Positions 16,607 to 25,677 are shown, counted from the stretch's first letter. The stretch is DNA of 64,000 bases from an uncultured bacterium (GCA_964466715.1 CAYXOC010000003.1:11106-75105), one strand, 5' to 3'. Numbers and translations: made by a program. The notes: generated by a model not told the origin, from the sequence alone.

Positions 16607-17236
16607 TCAGTGCACGCCTATCCTGCCAAGTGGCCAGAAGGTCACCATGGCCTTGCCCATGACCCGGTTCCGGTCGAGCAAGCCCCACTTGGTGCTGTCG
16701 TTGCTGTCATTGCGGTTGTCGCCCATGACGAGGAACGTGCCCTTCTCGACTTTGACCGGACCGAACTCGTAGCCTATCTCTCCGGGCTCCAGAAGGTACG
16801 GCTCATCCAGGGGCTTGCCGTTCCGGTAGACGACTCCATCTTTGACCTCGATGACGTCACCTGGGACCCCGATCAACCGCTTGATAAAGTCGACCTGGCG
16901 TGGATCCGCTTGGGGAGGCGCCTTGAACACGATGATGTCGCCGCGCTTCGGCTCGGTGAACCGATAGATGAACTTGTTGACCAGGATGTGGTCCTGCTCA
17001 AGCAGAGTAGGCCGCATCGAGCCGGACGGTATGAAGAACGCCTGCACGATGAACGGCCGGATGAGCAGATACACCAGGGCAATAGCCATCAGGGCCGATT
17101 CGGCCATCTCAGCGGACGACTTGGCAACCGGCGACTGGTACCTCCCCAGGATCGTGCGTATTATGAATAAGACGACGATGGTCGCAACAACATACTCGAT
17201 CGGCATGTTTGCGAGCCATTCTGTCACACTGCTCAT
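16607..17236 (-). CDS. lepB: signal peptidase I (copy 2, tandem paralog)
   Basis: Same architecture and motifs ([29 protein letters not shown]). Colinear with copy 1 along its whole length. Confidence 0.9.
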   Translation of the reverse strand: MSSVTEWLANMPIEYVVATIVVLFIIRTILGRYQSPVAKSSAEMAESALMAIALVYLLIRPFIVQAFFIPSGSMRPTLLEQDHILVNKFIYRFTEPKRGDIIVFKAPPQADPRQVDFIKRLIGVPGDVIEVKDGVVYRNGKPLDEPYLLEPGEIGYEFGPVKVEKGTFLVMGDNRNDSNDSTKWGLLDRNRVMGKAMVTFWPLGRIGVH

Positions 17237-17589
17237 TGTCTTGGCTTATCGGCTTCCTTGATTCTGGCGGCCTTTCCGATCTTCTCACGGAGATAGAAAA
17301 GCTTGGCGCGTCGGACGGCGCCTCTTCTGACGACCTCGATCCGTGCGATCTTCGGGCTGTTGACCAGGAATGTGCGCTCGACTCCGATGCCGTGCGAGAT
17401 CTTGCGCGCGGTGAAGCTCTCTCGGACGCCGTCATGACGCTTGGCGATGACGACGCCCTCGAAGGCCTGGATGCGCTCCTTGCCGCCCTCGATGACGCGG
17501 ACGTGAACCTTGACCGTGTCGCCGGTGTTGAAATCCGGCTTCTCGGCCTTCAACTGTTCTTTCTCGATGTCCTGAATGATGGTTGTCAT
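17233..17589 (-). CDS. rplS: 50S ribosomal protein L19
   Basis: 118 aa with [30 protein letters not shown]...RRAKLFYLR, typical L19. Confidence 0.97.
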   Translation of the reverse strand: MTTIIQDIEKEQLKAEKPDFNTGDTVKVHVRVIEGGKERIQAFEGVVIAKRHDGVRESFTARKISHGIGVERTFLVNSPKIARIEVVRRGAVRRAKLFYLREKIGKAARIKEADKPRQ

Positions 17590-17592
17590 GGC

Positions 17593-18339
17593 TTACCTCT
17601 CGTTCCCTGATTCCTGCAACTCCTGAAGGAACCGCCGATCCGATTCGGTCAGATCGGCTGTCTCCAGCAGATCCGGGCGGCGCTCCAGAGTTCGCTTCAA
17701 AGATTCGCGCCGGCGCCACTTGGCGATCTCGGCGTGATGACCGGACAGGAGCACTTCCGGAACGGTCCATCCCCGGAAGTCGGCGGGCCGCGTGTACTGA
17801 GGGTATTCGAGCAGCCCGTCCGCGAAGGATTCCTCGAGCGCGGATTGTTCGTCGCCGAGGACCCCGGGTATGAGCCTGACCACGGCATCAAGGATTACGA
17901 GAGCCGGCAGTTCTCCACCGGTTAATACGTAATCCCCGATAGATAGTTCCTCAGTCACAAGATGCTCCCTGACCCGCTCGTCCACGCCCTCGTAATGGCC
18001 GCAGATGAAGACCAAGTGAGGACAGGCCGACAGCTCGACGGCTTTCGCCTGGCTGAACAACTCGCCCTGGGGTGAGGTCAGGATGATCCTGCTCTGTTCG
18101 GTCCAATATTCGCTTTTCAAAGACTCCGCAGCCTTGAAGATAGGCTCCGGGGTCATCACCATTCCGGCGCCGCCGCCATAGGGCGCGTCGTCGGTTGATC
18201 GGTGCTTGTCCGTAGCGTAATCACGGATATCCCGCACGAAAACCGAGAGCAGGTCCTTGTCCTGTGCCCTCTTTACGATGCTGTAATCCACTCCGCAGTG
18301 GATAACCTCCGGAAAGATGGTTAGGACGTCTACCCTCAT
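17593..18339 (-). CDS. trmD: tRNA (guanine37-N1)-methyltransferase
   Basis: ORF 17593..18402 trimmed to the ATG at 18339 ([11 protein letters not shown]...). Motifs: [34 protein letters not shown]. Confidence 0.95.
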   Translation of the reverse strand: MRVDVLTIFPEVIHCGVDYSIVKRAQDKDLLSVFVRDIRDYATDKHRSTDDAPYGGGAGMVMTPEPIFKAAESLKSEYWTEQSRIILTSPQGELFSQAKAVELSACPHLVFICGHYEGVDERVREHLVTEELSIGDYVLTGGELPALVILDAVVRLIPGVLGDEQSALEESFADGLLEYPQYTRPADFRGWTVPEVLLSGHHAEIAKWRRRESLKRTLERRPDLLETADLTESDRRFLQELQESGNER

Positions 18340-18343
18340 CCGG

Positions 18344-18850
18344 CTATTCCTGCACGAGACCTTCGACCGGCTTGACGATGATCCGCCGCTTCTCCAGGTC
18401 AATGTTCTCCACGAACTCCCTGACGGCGGGGATCATCGCCCGATCCGTCACGTAGACATCGTTCGCCGATCCGGTGAGCACCTCTTTGACCTTGCCCAGG
18501 CTCTCGCCTTCGGTGGTCAGCACTTCCATGCCGACCAGGTCGTGTATGTAGTAGCGGCCCTCCTCGAGGGGCACAAGCTCGCTCTCCCGGATACGGATCT
18601 CGGCTCCGCGGAGGTTCTCCGCGGCCGACATGTCCGATATCCCTTCAAACTTGACGAGAACGCTGCCCTTGTGGATGCGCGCGCTCTCTATCCGGCGAAC
18701 CTGGCCGGCCGCTTCGCTCCCGACGTAGACCTCGTCGGTTTCCTTGAAACGCTCCGGGAAATCCGTGAACGGAACGACCTTGACCTCGCCCTTCAGCCCG
18801 AAGGGGGCAACGATCTTGCCTATGAGGACCTTGTACTCGTCGAGACTCAT
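18344..18850 (-). CDS. rimM: 16S rRNA processing protein RimM
   Basis: 168 aa with [16 protein letters not shown] and a PRC-barrel C-terminus. Conserved position between ylqD and trmD. Confidence 0.9.
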   Translation of the reverse strand: MSLDEYKVLIGKIVAPFGLKGEVKVVPFTDFPERFKETDEVYVGSEAAGQVRRIESARIHKGSVLVKFEGISDMSAAENLRGAEIRIRESELVPLEEGRYYIHDLVGMEVLTTEGESLGKVKEVLTGSANDVYVTDRAMIPAVREFVENIDLEKRRIIVKPVEGLVQE

Positions 18851-19254
18851 CAGGCGTTCCGTATCTCCACTACCACGTCGTCTTTCATCACCAACTCGGC
18901 GGCCTCAAGCTTCTCGGCGAGGTTGTCGCCGACGTTGACCTCGGCGAAGCCGTCGAGCATGGCATGAGTATGCTCGACACCGATCTCAAGCGCCCGGACT
19001 ACGGCGAGGCGGTCGGAGAGACTGTCTCTGACGCGCTCCTGCCGCTTCTTCTGGACTTCCAACTTCTCCCGGAAGGCGGCCGTCCGCGCGGGATCGGCGT
19101 TCTCCATACCCGTCAGGTATCGCCGCCCCTGGAATTCGAGCTGCTGCAACGACAACTCGACCTTCTGCAGCGCCTGTTCGAGCTGAGCGATCAGGCGACG
19201 CTTGTACTCCTCGGTGACGATAGCCTTGAGGGTGATCTTTCGTTTTACGAGCAT
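18850..19254 (-). CDS. ylqD: YlqD-family protein
   Basis: ORF 18850..19302 trimmed to the ATG at 19254 (MLVKRKITLKAIVTEEYK...). Coiled-coil middle and C-terminal VNVGDN...DDVVVEIR resemble Bacillus YlqD. Same position between the KH gene and rimM. Its stop overlaps the rimM start by 1 nt. Confidence 0.7.
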   Translation of the reverse strand: MLVKRKITLKAIVTEEYKRRLIAQLEQALQKVELSLQQLEFQGRRYLTGMENADPARTAAFREKLEVQKKRQERVRDSLSDRLAVVRALEIGVEHTHAMLDGFAEVNVGDNLAEKLEAAELVMKDDVVVEIRNA

Positions 19255-19340
19255 TATTCCGGGCACCTGTCCACAAGAGATCGAGGACTCACCCACTATC
19301 AACGGACAGGCGACTCACGCGGATGCAGATACCGTTGCCG

Positions 19341-19571
19341 TTACGGGATGATCTCGAGATAGACTCGCCTCTTGTCGCGCATTGCTGCGGCCTTTGCTAC
19401 CGTGCGCAGCGCGTTTGCGATCTTCCCTTGCTTGCCGATCACTTTCCCGAGATCGGCGGATGCTACTCTGATTTCGTACGTGGTCGACTCCGGACCCTCT
19501 ATCTCTGTGATGTTAACCTGCTCGGGGTCATCTACCAGCGCTCTGACCAGATACTCGATCATGTCCTTCAA
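19341..19571 (-). CDS. KH-domain RNA-binding protein (YlqC/UPF0109)
   Basis: ORF 19341..19628 trimmed to the TTG at 19571, 8 nt after AAGGAG (revcomp of 19580-19585). Motifs: MKDMIEYLVRALVDDPEQV and the GxxG-type loop GKVIGKQGKIANALR. Confidence 0.85.
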   Translation of the reverse strand: MKDMIEYLVRALVDDPEQVNITEIEGPESTTYEIRVASADLGKVIGKQGKIANALRTVAKAAAMRDKRRVYLEIIP

Positions 19572-19695
19572 TCCGAACACTCCTTTCAGGAGCAGAGAGA
19601 AGGCTTCTAGATCAGGAGGCCCAAACAATCTAGGTCAGGCCGTTGATATCCGGCTGACGATTGCGCTCAGCCGGTCCCTGGTCTGGTCTGCTCTA

Positions 19696-20037
19696 CTAAC
19701 CCTGCTCTTCCGTCTGCGCAGTCTCTTCCGCAGGCTGCGCTTCTGCTGCCGCAGGTGCACTCTTCGTTGCCTCCTGCTTGGCGCCCAGGAACTGGTCGAG
19801 GATTCCTTCCTTCTTCAGCAGTGCCCGTGCGGTGTCACTCGGCTGTGCTCCTTTGCTGAGCCACGACACGGCCTTCTCGCCGTCGATCTTGATCGTGACC
19901 GGATCGGTCAACGGATCGTAATAGCCGATCGCCTCGATGAACCGACCGTCACGCGCCGCCCGGCTGTCCGCTACGACCATTCTGTAGAAGGGCCGCCCCT
20001 TGGCTCCCATTCTTCTCAGACGAATCTTGACTGACAA
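19696..20037 (-). CDS. rpsP: 30S ribosomal protein S16
   Basis: TTG start 5 nt after [47 protein letters not shown] is typical S16, followed by an Ala/Glu-rich tail. Confidence 0.95.
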   Translation of the reverse strand: MSVKIRLRRMGAKGRPFYRMVVADSRAARDGRFIEAIGYYDPLTDPVTIKIDGEKAVSWLSKGAQPSDTARALLKKEGILDQFLGAKQEATKSAPAAAEAQPAEETAQTEEQG

Positions 20038-20081
20038 TACTATCCTCCTTCTGAGACTCGTAACTTCTTCATTCTACTTAG

Positions 20082-20103
20082 GCCCTGCCTATTCCTGCAG
20101 GGC
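20082..20103 (-). other. intercistronic hairpin between ffh and rpsP
   Basis: GCCCTGC / GCAGGGC, a 7-bp stem with an 8-nt loop, in the 79-nt ffh-rpsP spacer. No U-tract, so function is unknown (processing or partial attenuation). Confidence 0.3.
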
Positions 20104-20116
20104 GGGATTACTCGAT

Positions 20117-21454
20117 CTAGCCGAAGAACGGGATCGACGGACGACCTCGTCTTCCGCCCTGCTCCAACTCGTTCAGATCCCGAATCATCTTCTTCATCTG
20201 GTTGAACTGGTTCAGGAGCCGGTTCACCTCCTGAATGCTGGTGCCGCTTCCGTTAGCGACTCTTCGTCGGCGGCTTCCGTTCAGGATGTCCGGATGCTGA
20301 CGCTCTTCCTTCGTCATCGATCGAATTATGGCTTCCACCTTGCCCAGTTGGCTCTCGTCGATCTCGGCGCCCTGCAGCTTCTTGGCGTTGAAGCCGGGGA
20401 TCATGCTCAGGATCTGATCTAGAGGGCCCATCTTGCGCATCTGCTGCAACTGGTCAAGGTAGTCATCGAAGTCAAACTTGTTCTCTCTGAGCTTGCGCTC
20501 GAGCTCCTCGGCCTTCTCCACGTCTACGGCGGCCTGAGCCTTCTCGATCAGGCTGAGGACGTCGCCCATGCCGAGGATTCTGGAGGCCATGCGCTCCGGG
20601 TGGAACGGCTCCAGGGCGTCGAGCTTCTCACCTACTCCGGCGAACTTGATCGGCTTGCCGGTCACGGCCTTGATGGACAGGGCTGCTCCACCGCGAGCAT
20701 CACCGTCGAGCTTCGTCACGACGAAGCCGTCCACCTCGAGGACCTGGTTGAACTGCTCCGCCACGTTGACGGCGTCCTGGCCGGTCATCGCATCGACCAC
20801 GAGCAGGATCTCGGTCGGCGAGACCGCCGATCGGATGCGGCTGAGCTCGGACATGAGCTCTTCGTCTATGTGGAGGCGGCCGGCGGTGTCGAAGATGAGC
20901 ACGTCCTGGCCGTTCGATGCGGCTGAACTGACGGCAGCCCGGGCAATATCGACGGGGTCCTGCTTGTCGCCGAGGGTGAATACCGGGATGTTGAGCTGCT
21001 CGCCGAGGACCTGGAGTTGCTTGATGGCGGCCGGACGATAGATGTCGAGCGCCACGAGGAGCGGCTTTCGGCCCTGCTTGCGCATGAGGTTGGCGAGCTT
21101 GGCGCATGTGGTGGTCTTTCCACCACCCTGCAGACCGACCATCATGATGATGGTAGGCGGCTTGGGCGAGAGTTTCAGCGCAGTGTCCGCGCCGCCGAGG
21201 AGTTCGGTGAGTTCCTCGTTGACGACCTTGACTACATGCTGAGCAGGCGTGAGGCTGCCGAGCACCTCCTGCCCGACTGCTCGCTCGCGTACCCGGGAGA
21301 CGAAGTCCTTGACCACGCGGAAGTTGACGTCCGCCTCCAGCAGGACAAGACGAACCTCGCGCAGAGCCTCGTTGACGTCCTGCTCGGAAAGCGTACCTTT
21401 CCCGCGCAGCTTCTTGAACACGCCCTGAAGTTTTTCGCTCAGACTCTCAAACAT
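20117..21454 (-). CDS. ffh: signal recognition particle protein Ffh
   Basis: 445 aa with the NG domain (GLQGGGKTTTCAKLA, DTAGR) and a Met-rich M domain (MRKMGPLDQILSMIPG). Confidence 0.97.
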   Translation of the reverse strand: MFESLSEKLQGVFKKLRGKGTLSEQDVNEALREVRLVLLEADVNFRVVKDFVSRVRERAVGQEVLGSLTPAQHVVKVVNEELTELLGGADTALKLSPKPPTIIMMVGLQGGGKTTTCAKLANLMRKQGRKPLLVALDIYRPAAIKQLQVLGEQLNIPVFTLGDKQDPVDIARAAVSSAASNGQDVLIFDTAGRLHIDEELMSELSRIRSAVSPTEILLVVDAMTGQDAVNVAEQFNQVLEVDGFVVTKLDGDARGGAALSIKAVTGKPIKFAGVGEKLDALEPFHPERMASRILGMGDVLSLIEKAQAAVDVEKAEELERKLRENKFDFDDYLDQLQQMRKMGPLDQILSMIPGFNAKKLQGAEIDESQLGKVEAIIRSMTKEERQHPDILNGSRRRRVANGSGTSIQEVNRLLNQFNQMKKMIRDLNELEQGGRRGRPSIPFFG

Positions 21455-21489
21455 GCAAAATCACCGAATCTTTAAGAAGCACAACGCAC

Positions 21490-21519
21490 AGTATACCGAA
21501 TTCTGTCCAGTTTTGTCAA
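21490..21519 (-). promoter_or_regulatory. candidate sigma70-type promoter of the ffh-rpsP operon
   Basis: On the minus strand: TTGACA (21519-21514), 18 nt, TATACT (21495-21490). About 30 nt upstream of the ffh ATG, which has a GGTGA ribosome-binding site. Confidence 0.6.
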
Positions 21520-21643
21520 ACTTCGCCGCTGATTCAGAACACAGAGGACACAGGGCCAAGTCGGAAGCTTGGAAAAGGCCCTCGGATAGGCCGGGAGTGA
21601 GCCCCCGACTCATAGTGAACGCCCACTGCGCGTCCCACCTCCT

Positions 21644-21751
21644 GACGACAGGAGTCATCAGGAGACCGGGCGTGGGCAACTGATACTTTGACGGCTCCTG
21701 TCATCCGGGGATCGGGCGTAGGTAGCTGATATCTTGACGACTCCTGTCGTC
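21644..21751. repeat. three related small hairpins with AGGA/TCCT loops, two of them inside a ~41-bp imperfect direct repeat
   Basis: GACGAC-AGGA-GTCATC (21644-21659), GACGGC-TCCT-GTCATC (21690-21705) and GACGAC-TCCT-GTCGTC (21736-21751). The direct repeats are 21665-21705 and 21711-21751, with a 46-bp period. Confidence 0.85.
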
Positions 21752-21799
21752 GAGGCCCGACACCCACGGGGCGGGACGGCGGCCGCTCCCTGCATTCTC

Positions 21800-21846
21800 C
21801 CCGCGTTCCCGTGTCTCCGCGTCCCCGCGTCCCCGCGTCCCGTGTC
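21800..21846. repeat. tandem octamer (CCGCGTCC)x3 with degenerate flanking copies, abutting the ftsY stop
   Basis: Perfect units at 21817-21840, with related CCGCGTTCC and CGTGTCY copies either side. The minus strand reads GGGACGCGGGGACGCGGGGACGCGGAGACACGGGAACGCGGGG. Confidence 0.9.
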
Positions 21847-22725
21847 CTATCCCACCAGCGACGCCGCGAAGTCGCGGGAGTCGAACTCCTCGATGTCGTC
21901 GAGACCCTCGCCGGTGCCGACCAGCTTGATCGGGATGCCGAGTTCCTCCTTGAGCGTGACGACGATGCCGCCCTTTGCGGTGCCGTCGAGCTTCGACAGC
22001 ACTACGCCGGTGATGCTTACCGCGCCCATGAACTCCTTGGCCTGGCTGATCGCGTTCTGGCCGGTGGTCGCATCGAGCACCAGGAGGACCTCGTCGGCCT
22101 TGCGCCCGAGTTCGCGCTCGACGACTCGGCCGATCTTCTTCAGCTCCTCCATGAGGTTGCTCTTCGTGTGCAGGCGGCCCGCGGTGTCCGCGATGACGAC
22201 GTCCGCGCGCCTGGACCTCGCGGCCTGGAGCGCATCGTACACGACGGCGGCAGGATCCGCCCCCTCGCGCTGCTTGATGAGATCGACGCCCACGCGGTTC
22301 GCCCATATCTCGAGCTGATCGATCGCCGCCGCGCGGAAGGTATCCGCCGCGGCGAGGATCACCCGCTTGCCCTGCCGCTTGAACCGGTTCGCGAGCTTGG
22401 CGATCGACGTGGTCTTGCCGACACCGTTCACGCCGACGACCAGGTAGACGGTCGGCGGCTCGGCGGCGGTCTGAAGGCCGATATCCGGCCCGGCCATCGA
22501 CTGAGCGATCTCGTCCCTCAGCCGATCACGGATCTGCTCGGCCTCGGTGAGCCGCTCCTCGCGCGATATGCGCCGGAGGTCGTCCACTATGCGCATCACC
22601 GTGTTGACATTAAGGTCCGCCTGGATGAGAGCTTCCTCGAGTTCGTCGAAAAGCTCGTCATCGACCGGCCTTCTGCCGGTGAGCAGTTGGTCCACTCTCT
22701 GAAAAAGGTTCTTGAACAGTCTCAC
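21847..22725 (-). CDS. ftsY: signal recognition particle receptor FtsY (short form)
   Basis: ORF 21847..22812 trimmed to the GTG at 22725, 8 nt after GGGGGA (MRLFKNLFQRV...). Motifs: GVNGVGKTTSIAKLA, DTAGRLH. Confidence 0.92.
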   Translation of the reverse strand: MRLFKNLFQRVDQLLTGRRPVDDELFDELEEALIQADLNVNTVMRIVDDLRRISREERLTEAEQIRDRLRDEIAQSMAGPDIGLQTAAEPPTVYLVVGVNGVGKTTSIAKLANRFKRQGKRVILAAADTFRAAAIDQLEIWANRVGVDLIKQREGADPAAVVYDALQAARSRRADVVIADTAGRLHTKSNLMEELKKIGRVVERELGRKADEVLLVLDATTGQNAISQAKEFMGAVSITGVVLSKLDGTAKGGIVVTLKEELGIPIKLVGTGEGLDDIEEFDSRDFAASLVG

Positions 22726-22746
22726 TGGTGAAATCCCCCGGACAGC

Positions 22747-22789
22747 AAAAACCCCCATCCGCGAAAGCGTGAGCATTGGCGGATCGGGG
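22747..22789 (-). promoter_or_regulatory. terminator-like hairpin plus U5 in the ftsY leader
   Basis: Minus strand: CCCCGATCCGC (16-nt loop) GCGGATGGGGG followed by TTTTT. It lies between the candidate promoter and the ftsY ribosome-binding site. Confidence 0.5.
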
Positions 22790-22802
22790 TGATTAGGACG
22801 CG

Positions 22803-22831
22803 AGTATATCAAATGACCCTCCGAAAGTCAA
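22803..22831 (-). promoter_or_regulatory. candidate sigma70-type promoter of ftsY
   Basis: Minus strand: TTGACT (22831-22826), 17 nt, TATACT (22808-22803). Confidence 0.6.
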
Positions 22832-22896
22832 GGATCTCTGCGCGCTTTGCGGGGCTCAGACGGGCCGTCCGAAAGCGCCGAGCAAGCCATCCTGCA

Positions 22897-22926
22897 TTGA
22901 CAATGCGTCTTGCTCAGGTATACAAT
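22897..22926 (+). promoter_or_regulatory. candidate sigma70-type promoter of the gmd/rmd-like pair
   Basis: TTGACA (22897-22902), 18 nt, TACAAT (22921-22926). The leader is about 85 nt. Confidence 0.6.
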
Positions 22927-23018
22927 CACATCACCTGCAATTGTGGCTTAACACCAATGGAAACCACGCATCCTGGGTATAAGTTGTTCCACATACACCA
23001 AGCAATGGAGGGCATCGC

Positions 23019-23990
23019 GTGAGAGTACTCATCACCGGAATCACCGGCATGGCGGGCAGTCACCTTGCCGACTATCTCCTCTCGCTTCCCGAGAAGATCG
23101 AGGTCTACGGTACGTTCCGCTGGCGCAGCCGCATGGAGAACGTGGCGCATCTCGAGGGCAAGGTCAACCTGATCCAGTGCGAGCTGACCGACTTCAGCAA
23201 CGCCCTGAGCGCGCTCGAAACCTCCAGGCCTGATTTCATCTTCCACCTAGCGGCTCAGAGCTACGTGCTGGCAAGCTGGAGCTCGCCGACCGCCACCATG
23301 CTCGAGAACCCGCGGATGCAGATCAACCTCTTCGAGGCGATGCTTCAGCTCGGGATCAACTGCCCGATCCAGGTCGCGCTCAGTTCCGAGGAATACGGAA
23401 TGGTCTACCCGAACGAGGTGCCGATCAACGAGGACAATCCACTCCGGCCGCTGAGCCCGTACGCCGTCAGCAAGGTGACCCAGGACATGATGGCCTACCA
23501 GTACTTCATGAGCCACGGACTGAAGACCATCCGCACGCGGACCTTCAACCACGAGGGCCCGCGCAGGGGCGAGGTCTTCGTGACCAGCAACTTCGCCAGG
23601 CAGGTCGCGCTGATCGAGGCCGGAAAGCAGGAGCCGGTCATCCATGTCGGCAACCTGGACGCCAAGAGGGACTGGAGCGACGTCCGGGATGTGGTTCGGG
23701 CGTACTGGCTGGCGGTGAACAAGTGCACGCCGGGCGATGTCTACGTGATCGCGTCGGGCAGATGCCACACGGTCCGCGAGATGCTCGACATGCTGCTCGA
23801 TCTCTCGACGGTGAAGCCGGAGATCCGCAGCGATCCGGCCCGAATGCGGCCGTCCGACGTCATGGTCCTGCAGGGCGACCCATCGAAGTTCCATGCGCAG
23901 ACCGGCTGGACGGCGGAGATCCCCCTCCAGCAGACGCTGAAAGACCTGCTGGATCACTGGCGGGAGGAGGTCCGGAGGAATGGCCGATGA
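23019..23990 (+). CDS. gmd: GDP-mannose 4,6-dehydratase-family SDR
   Basis: GTG start after GGAGGG. Motifs: GITGMAGSHL, YAVSK, and the Gmd-typical FNHEGPRRGEVFVT plus AKRDWSDVRD. Confidence 0.7.
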   Translation: MRVLITGITGMAGSHLADYLLSLPEKIEVYGTFRWRSRMENVAHLEGKVNLIQCELTDFSNALSALETSRPDFIFHLAAQSYVLASWSSPTATMLENPRMQINLFEAMLQLGINCPIQVALSSEEYGMVYPNEVPINEDNPLRPLSPYAVSKVTQDMMAYQYFMSHGLKTIRTRTFNHEGPRRGEVFVTSNFARQVALIEAGKQEPVIHVGNLDAKRDWSDVRDVVRAYWLAVNKCTPGDVYVIASGRCHTVREMLDMLLDLSTVKPEIRSDPARMRPSDVMVLQGDPSKFHAQTGWTAEIPLQQTLKDLLDHWREEVRRNGR

Positions 23991-24939
23991 GCGCATCCTC
24001 GTAACAGGCATAGGTGGTTTCGTCGGCAGGCATCTCGCCGCGGCCCTGAGGGAATCGACCGACGCACGTCTTTACGGGACGGTGATCTCCGACCGGGAGA
24101 TCACACCCGAGAACCCGCTCGACGACGTGGAGCCGATCGAGTGCCGCCTCGAAGACCCAGCCTCGGTGGAGTCCGTGGTCCGCGAGGTCGAGCCGACGGT
24201 GGTCTACCACCTGGCGGCACAGAGCTCCGTACCCAAGTCGCTCAGCGATCCGAGAGGTACCTTCGACACCAACGTCATGGGCACGCTCCACCTCCTGGAG
24301 GCGCTGCGCGGCGTGGAAAGACTCCGCACCGTGATCCAGATCAGCTCGGCCGAGGTGTACGGCATCCTGCCCGAATCGGCGCTCCCGGTGACGGAGAGCA
24401 CACCTCTCGACCCCAGCAACCCTTATGCGTGCAGCAAGGCCTGCGCCGACCTGCTCGGCGCTCAGTACTTCAGGACCTACGGCGTGCCGGTGGTGAGGAT
24501 ACGTCCGTTCAACCACATCGGCCCCGGGCAAGCGGACGCATTCGTCACGTCGAGCTTCGCCAGGCAGATCGCCGAGATCGAGGCGGGGAAGAAGCCGCCG
24601 AAGCTGATGGTGGGCAACCTGGAGGCGAAGCGCGACTTCACCGATGTACGGGATGTCGTCCGAGCATATATCGCCGCGATGCGGGGATGCGTCCCCGGCG
24701 AGGCGTACAACATCTGCTCGGGCCGAGCGGTGAGCATCCGCGAGATACTCGACCGGCTCCTCGCGCTGACCTCCGTGTCCGTCGAGGTCGCTCAGGATCC
24801 GGAGCGCATGAGACCCTCGGACATGCCGGTCACTCTCGGCGACTACTCCAAGTTCAACAAGGCCACGGGCTGGATGCCCACGACACCGCTCGACCGGACG
24901 CTTCGGGACCTGCTCGACCACTGGCGCCGGCTGGTATAG
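23980..24939 (+). CDS. rmd: GDP-4-dehydro-6-deoxy-D-mannose reductase-like SDR (Rmd-like)
   Basis: Overlaps the previous gene by 11 nt. Motifs: GIGGFVGRHL, YACSK, FNHIGPGQADAFVTSSFARQIAEIEAG, RDFTDVRDVV, DPERMRPSD. Colinear with Pseudomonas Rmd as I recall it. Confidence 0.65.
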   Translation: MADERILVTGIGGFVGRHLAAALRESTDARLYGTVISDREITPENPLDDVEPIECRLEDPASVESVVREVEPTVVYHLAAQSSVPKSLSDPRGTFDTNVMGTLHLLEALRGVERLRTVIQISSAEVYGILPESALPVTESTPLDPSNPYACSKACADLLGAQYFRTYGVPVVRIRPFNHIGPGQADAFVTSSFARQIAEIEAGKKPPKLMVGNLEAKRDFTDVRDVVRAYIAAMRGCVPGEAYNICSGRAVSIREILDRLLALTSVSVEVAQDPERMRPSDMPVTLGDYSKFNKATGWMPTTPLDRTLRDLLDHWRRLV

Positions 24940-24961
24940 CGAATACGTGAAGGGGGCTGGC

Positions 24962-25669
24962 TTGAGGGCAGGCACGATCTTCGCTCTATCCTTCGTAACC
25001 GCGCTCTCCGGCGCGCTGATGCCGGGCCCGCTGCTCACCGTTACGATCGCGCAGGCGGCGTCGATGGGCTTCATCGCCCCCGTGCTGCTCATCACCGGGC
25101 ACTCGCTGCTCGAACTGCTGCTCGTCATCGGCCTGGTCTTCGGGCTGGGGAAGGTCCTCCGCATCAGGCCGGTGATCGGCATGATATCCGTGCTCGGCGG
25201 CGGGATGCTCCTCTGGATGGGATGGGGCATGATCCCGGCGGCCCTGAGCGGCGCCCTCGACCTCAACACCTCCGCGACGGCATCCTCGGCGGTCAGGATG
25301 GGGCTGCTCGACAACCCGGTGATCACCGGCATCGTCGTCAGCCTGTCGAACCCCTATTGGACGATCTGGTGGGCGACGGTCGGCATGACCCTCTTCGGAA
25401 CCCTGGTACAGGAGGCCGGCACGACAGGCAGGGCATCGACATCTATCGGCGCGTTCTACTTCGGCCACATCTCCGGCGACATCATCTGGTATCTCATCAT
25501 CGGTGCGGCGATCACTACGGGCCGACAGTTCATCAGCCCGGAAGTCTACCGCGCGGTCGTGGTCGTCTGCGGCGTGTTCCTCATGTTCCTCGGCGCATCG
25601 TTCCTCTATCTGGTCGCATCCCGCAAGCTCTGGAACATCAAGATGAGCCTGAACTGGCAGAAGAGATAG
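24962..25669 (+). CDS. LysE/RhtB-family translocator
   Basis: ORF 24947..25669. The TTG at 24962, 5 nt after AAGGGGG, is preferred. Six hydrophobic helices, with the N-terminal ...LSGALMPGPLL motif typical of LysE exporters. Confidence 0.7.
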   Translation: MRAGTIFALSFVTALSGALMPGPLLTVTIAQAASMGFIAPVLLITGHSLLELLLVIGLVFGLGKVLRIRPVIGMISVLGGGMLLWMGWGMIPAALSGALDLNTSATASSAVRMGLLDNPVITGIVVSLSNPYWTIWWATVGMTLFGTLVQEAGTTGRASTSIGAFYFGHISGDIIWYLIIGAAITTGRQFISPEVYRAVVVVCGVFLMFLGASFLYLVASRKLWNIKMSLNWQKR

Positions 25670-25677
25670 ACCCACCC

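Noticed and set aside
21455-21846. SRP RNA (ffs) encoded between ffh and ftsY.
   Set aside because: Neither strand contains the conserved domain IV core (GGUCCGGAAGGAAGCAGCC-like, with a GGAA tetraloop). Only a loose GUCGGAAGC resemblance is present.
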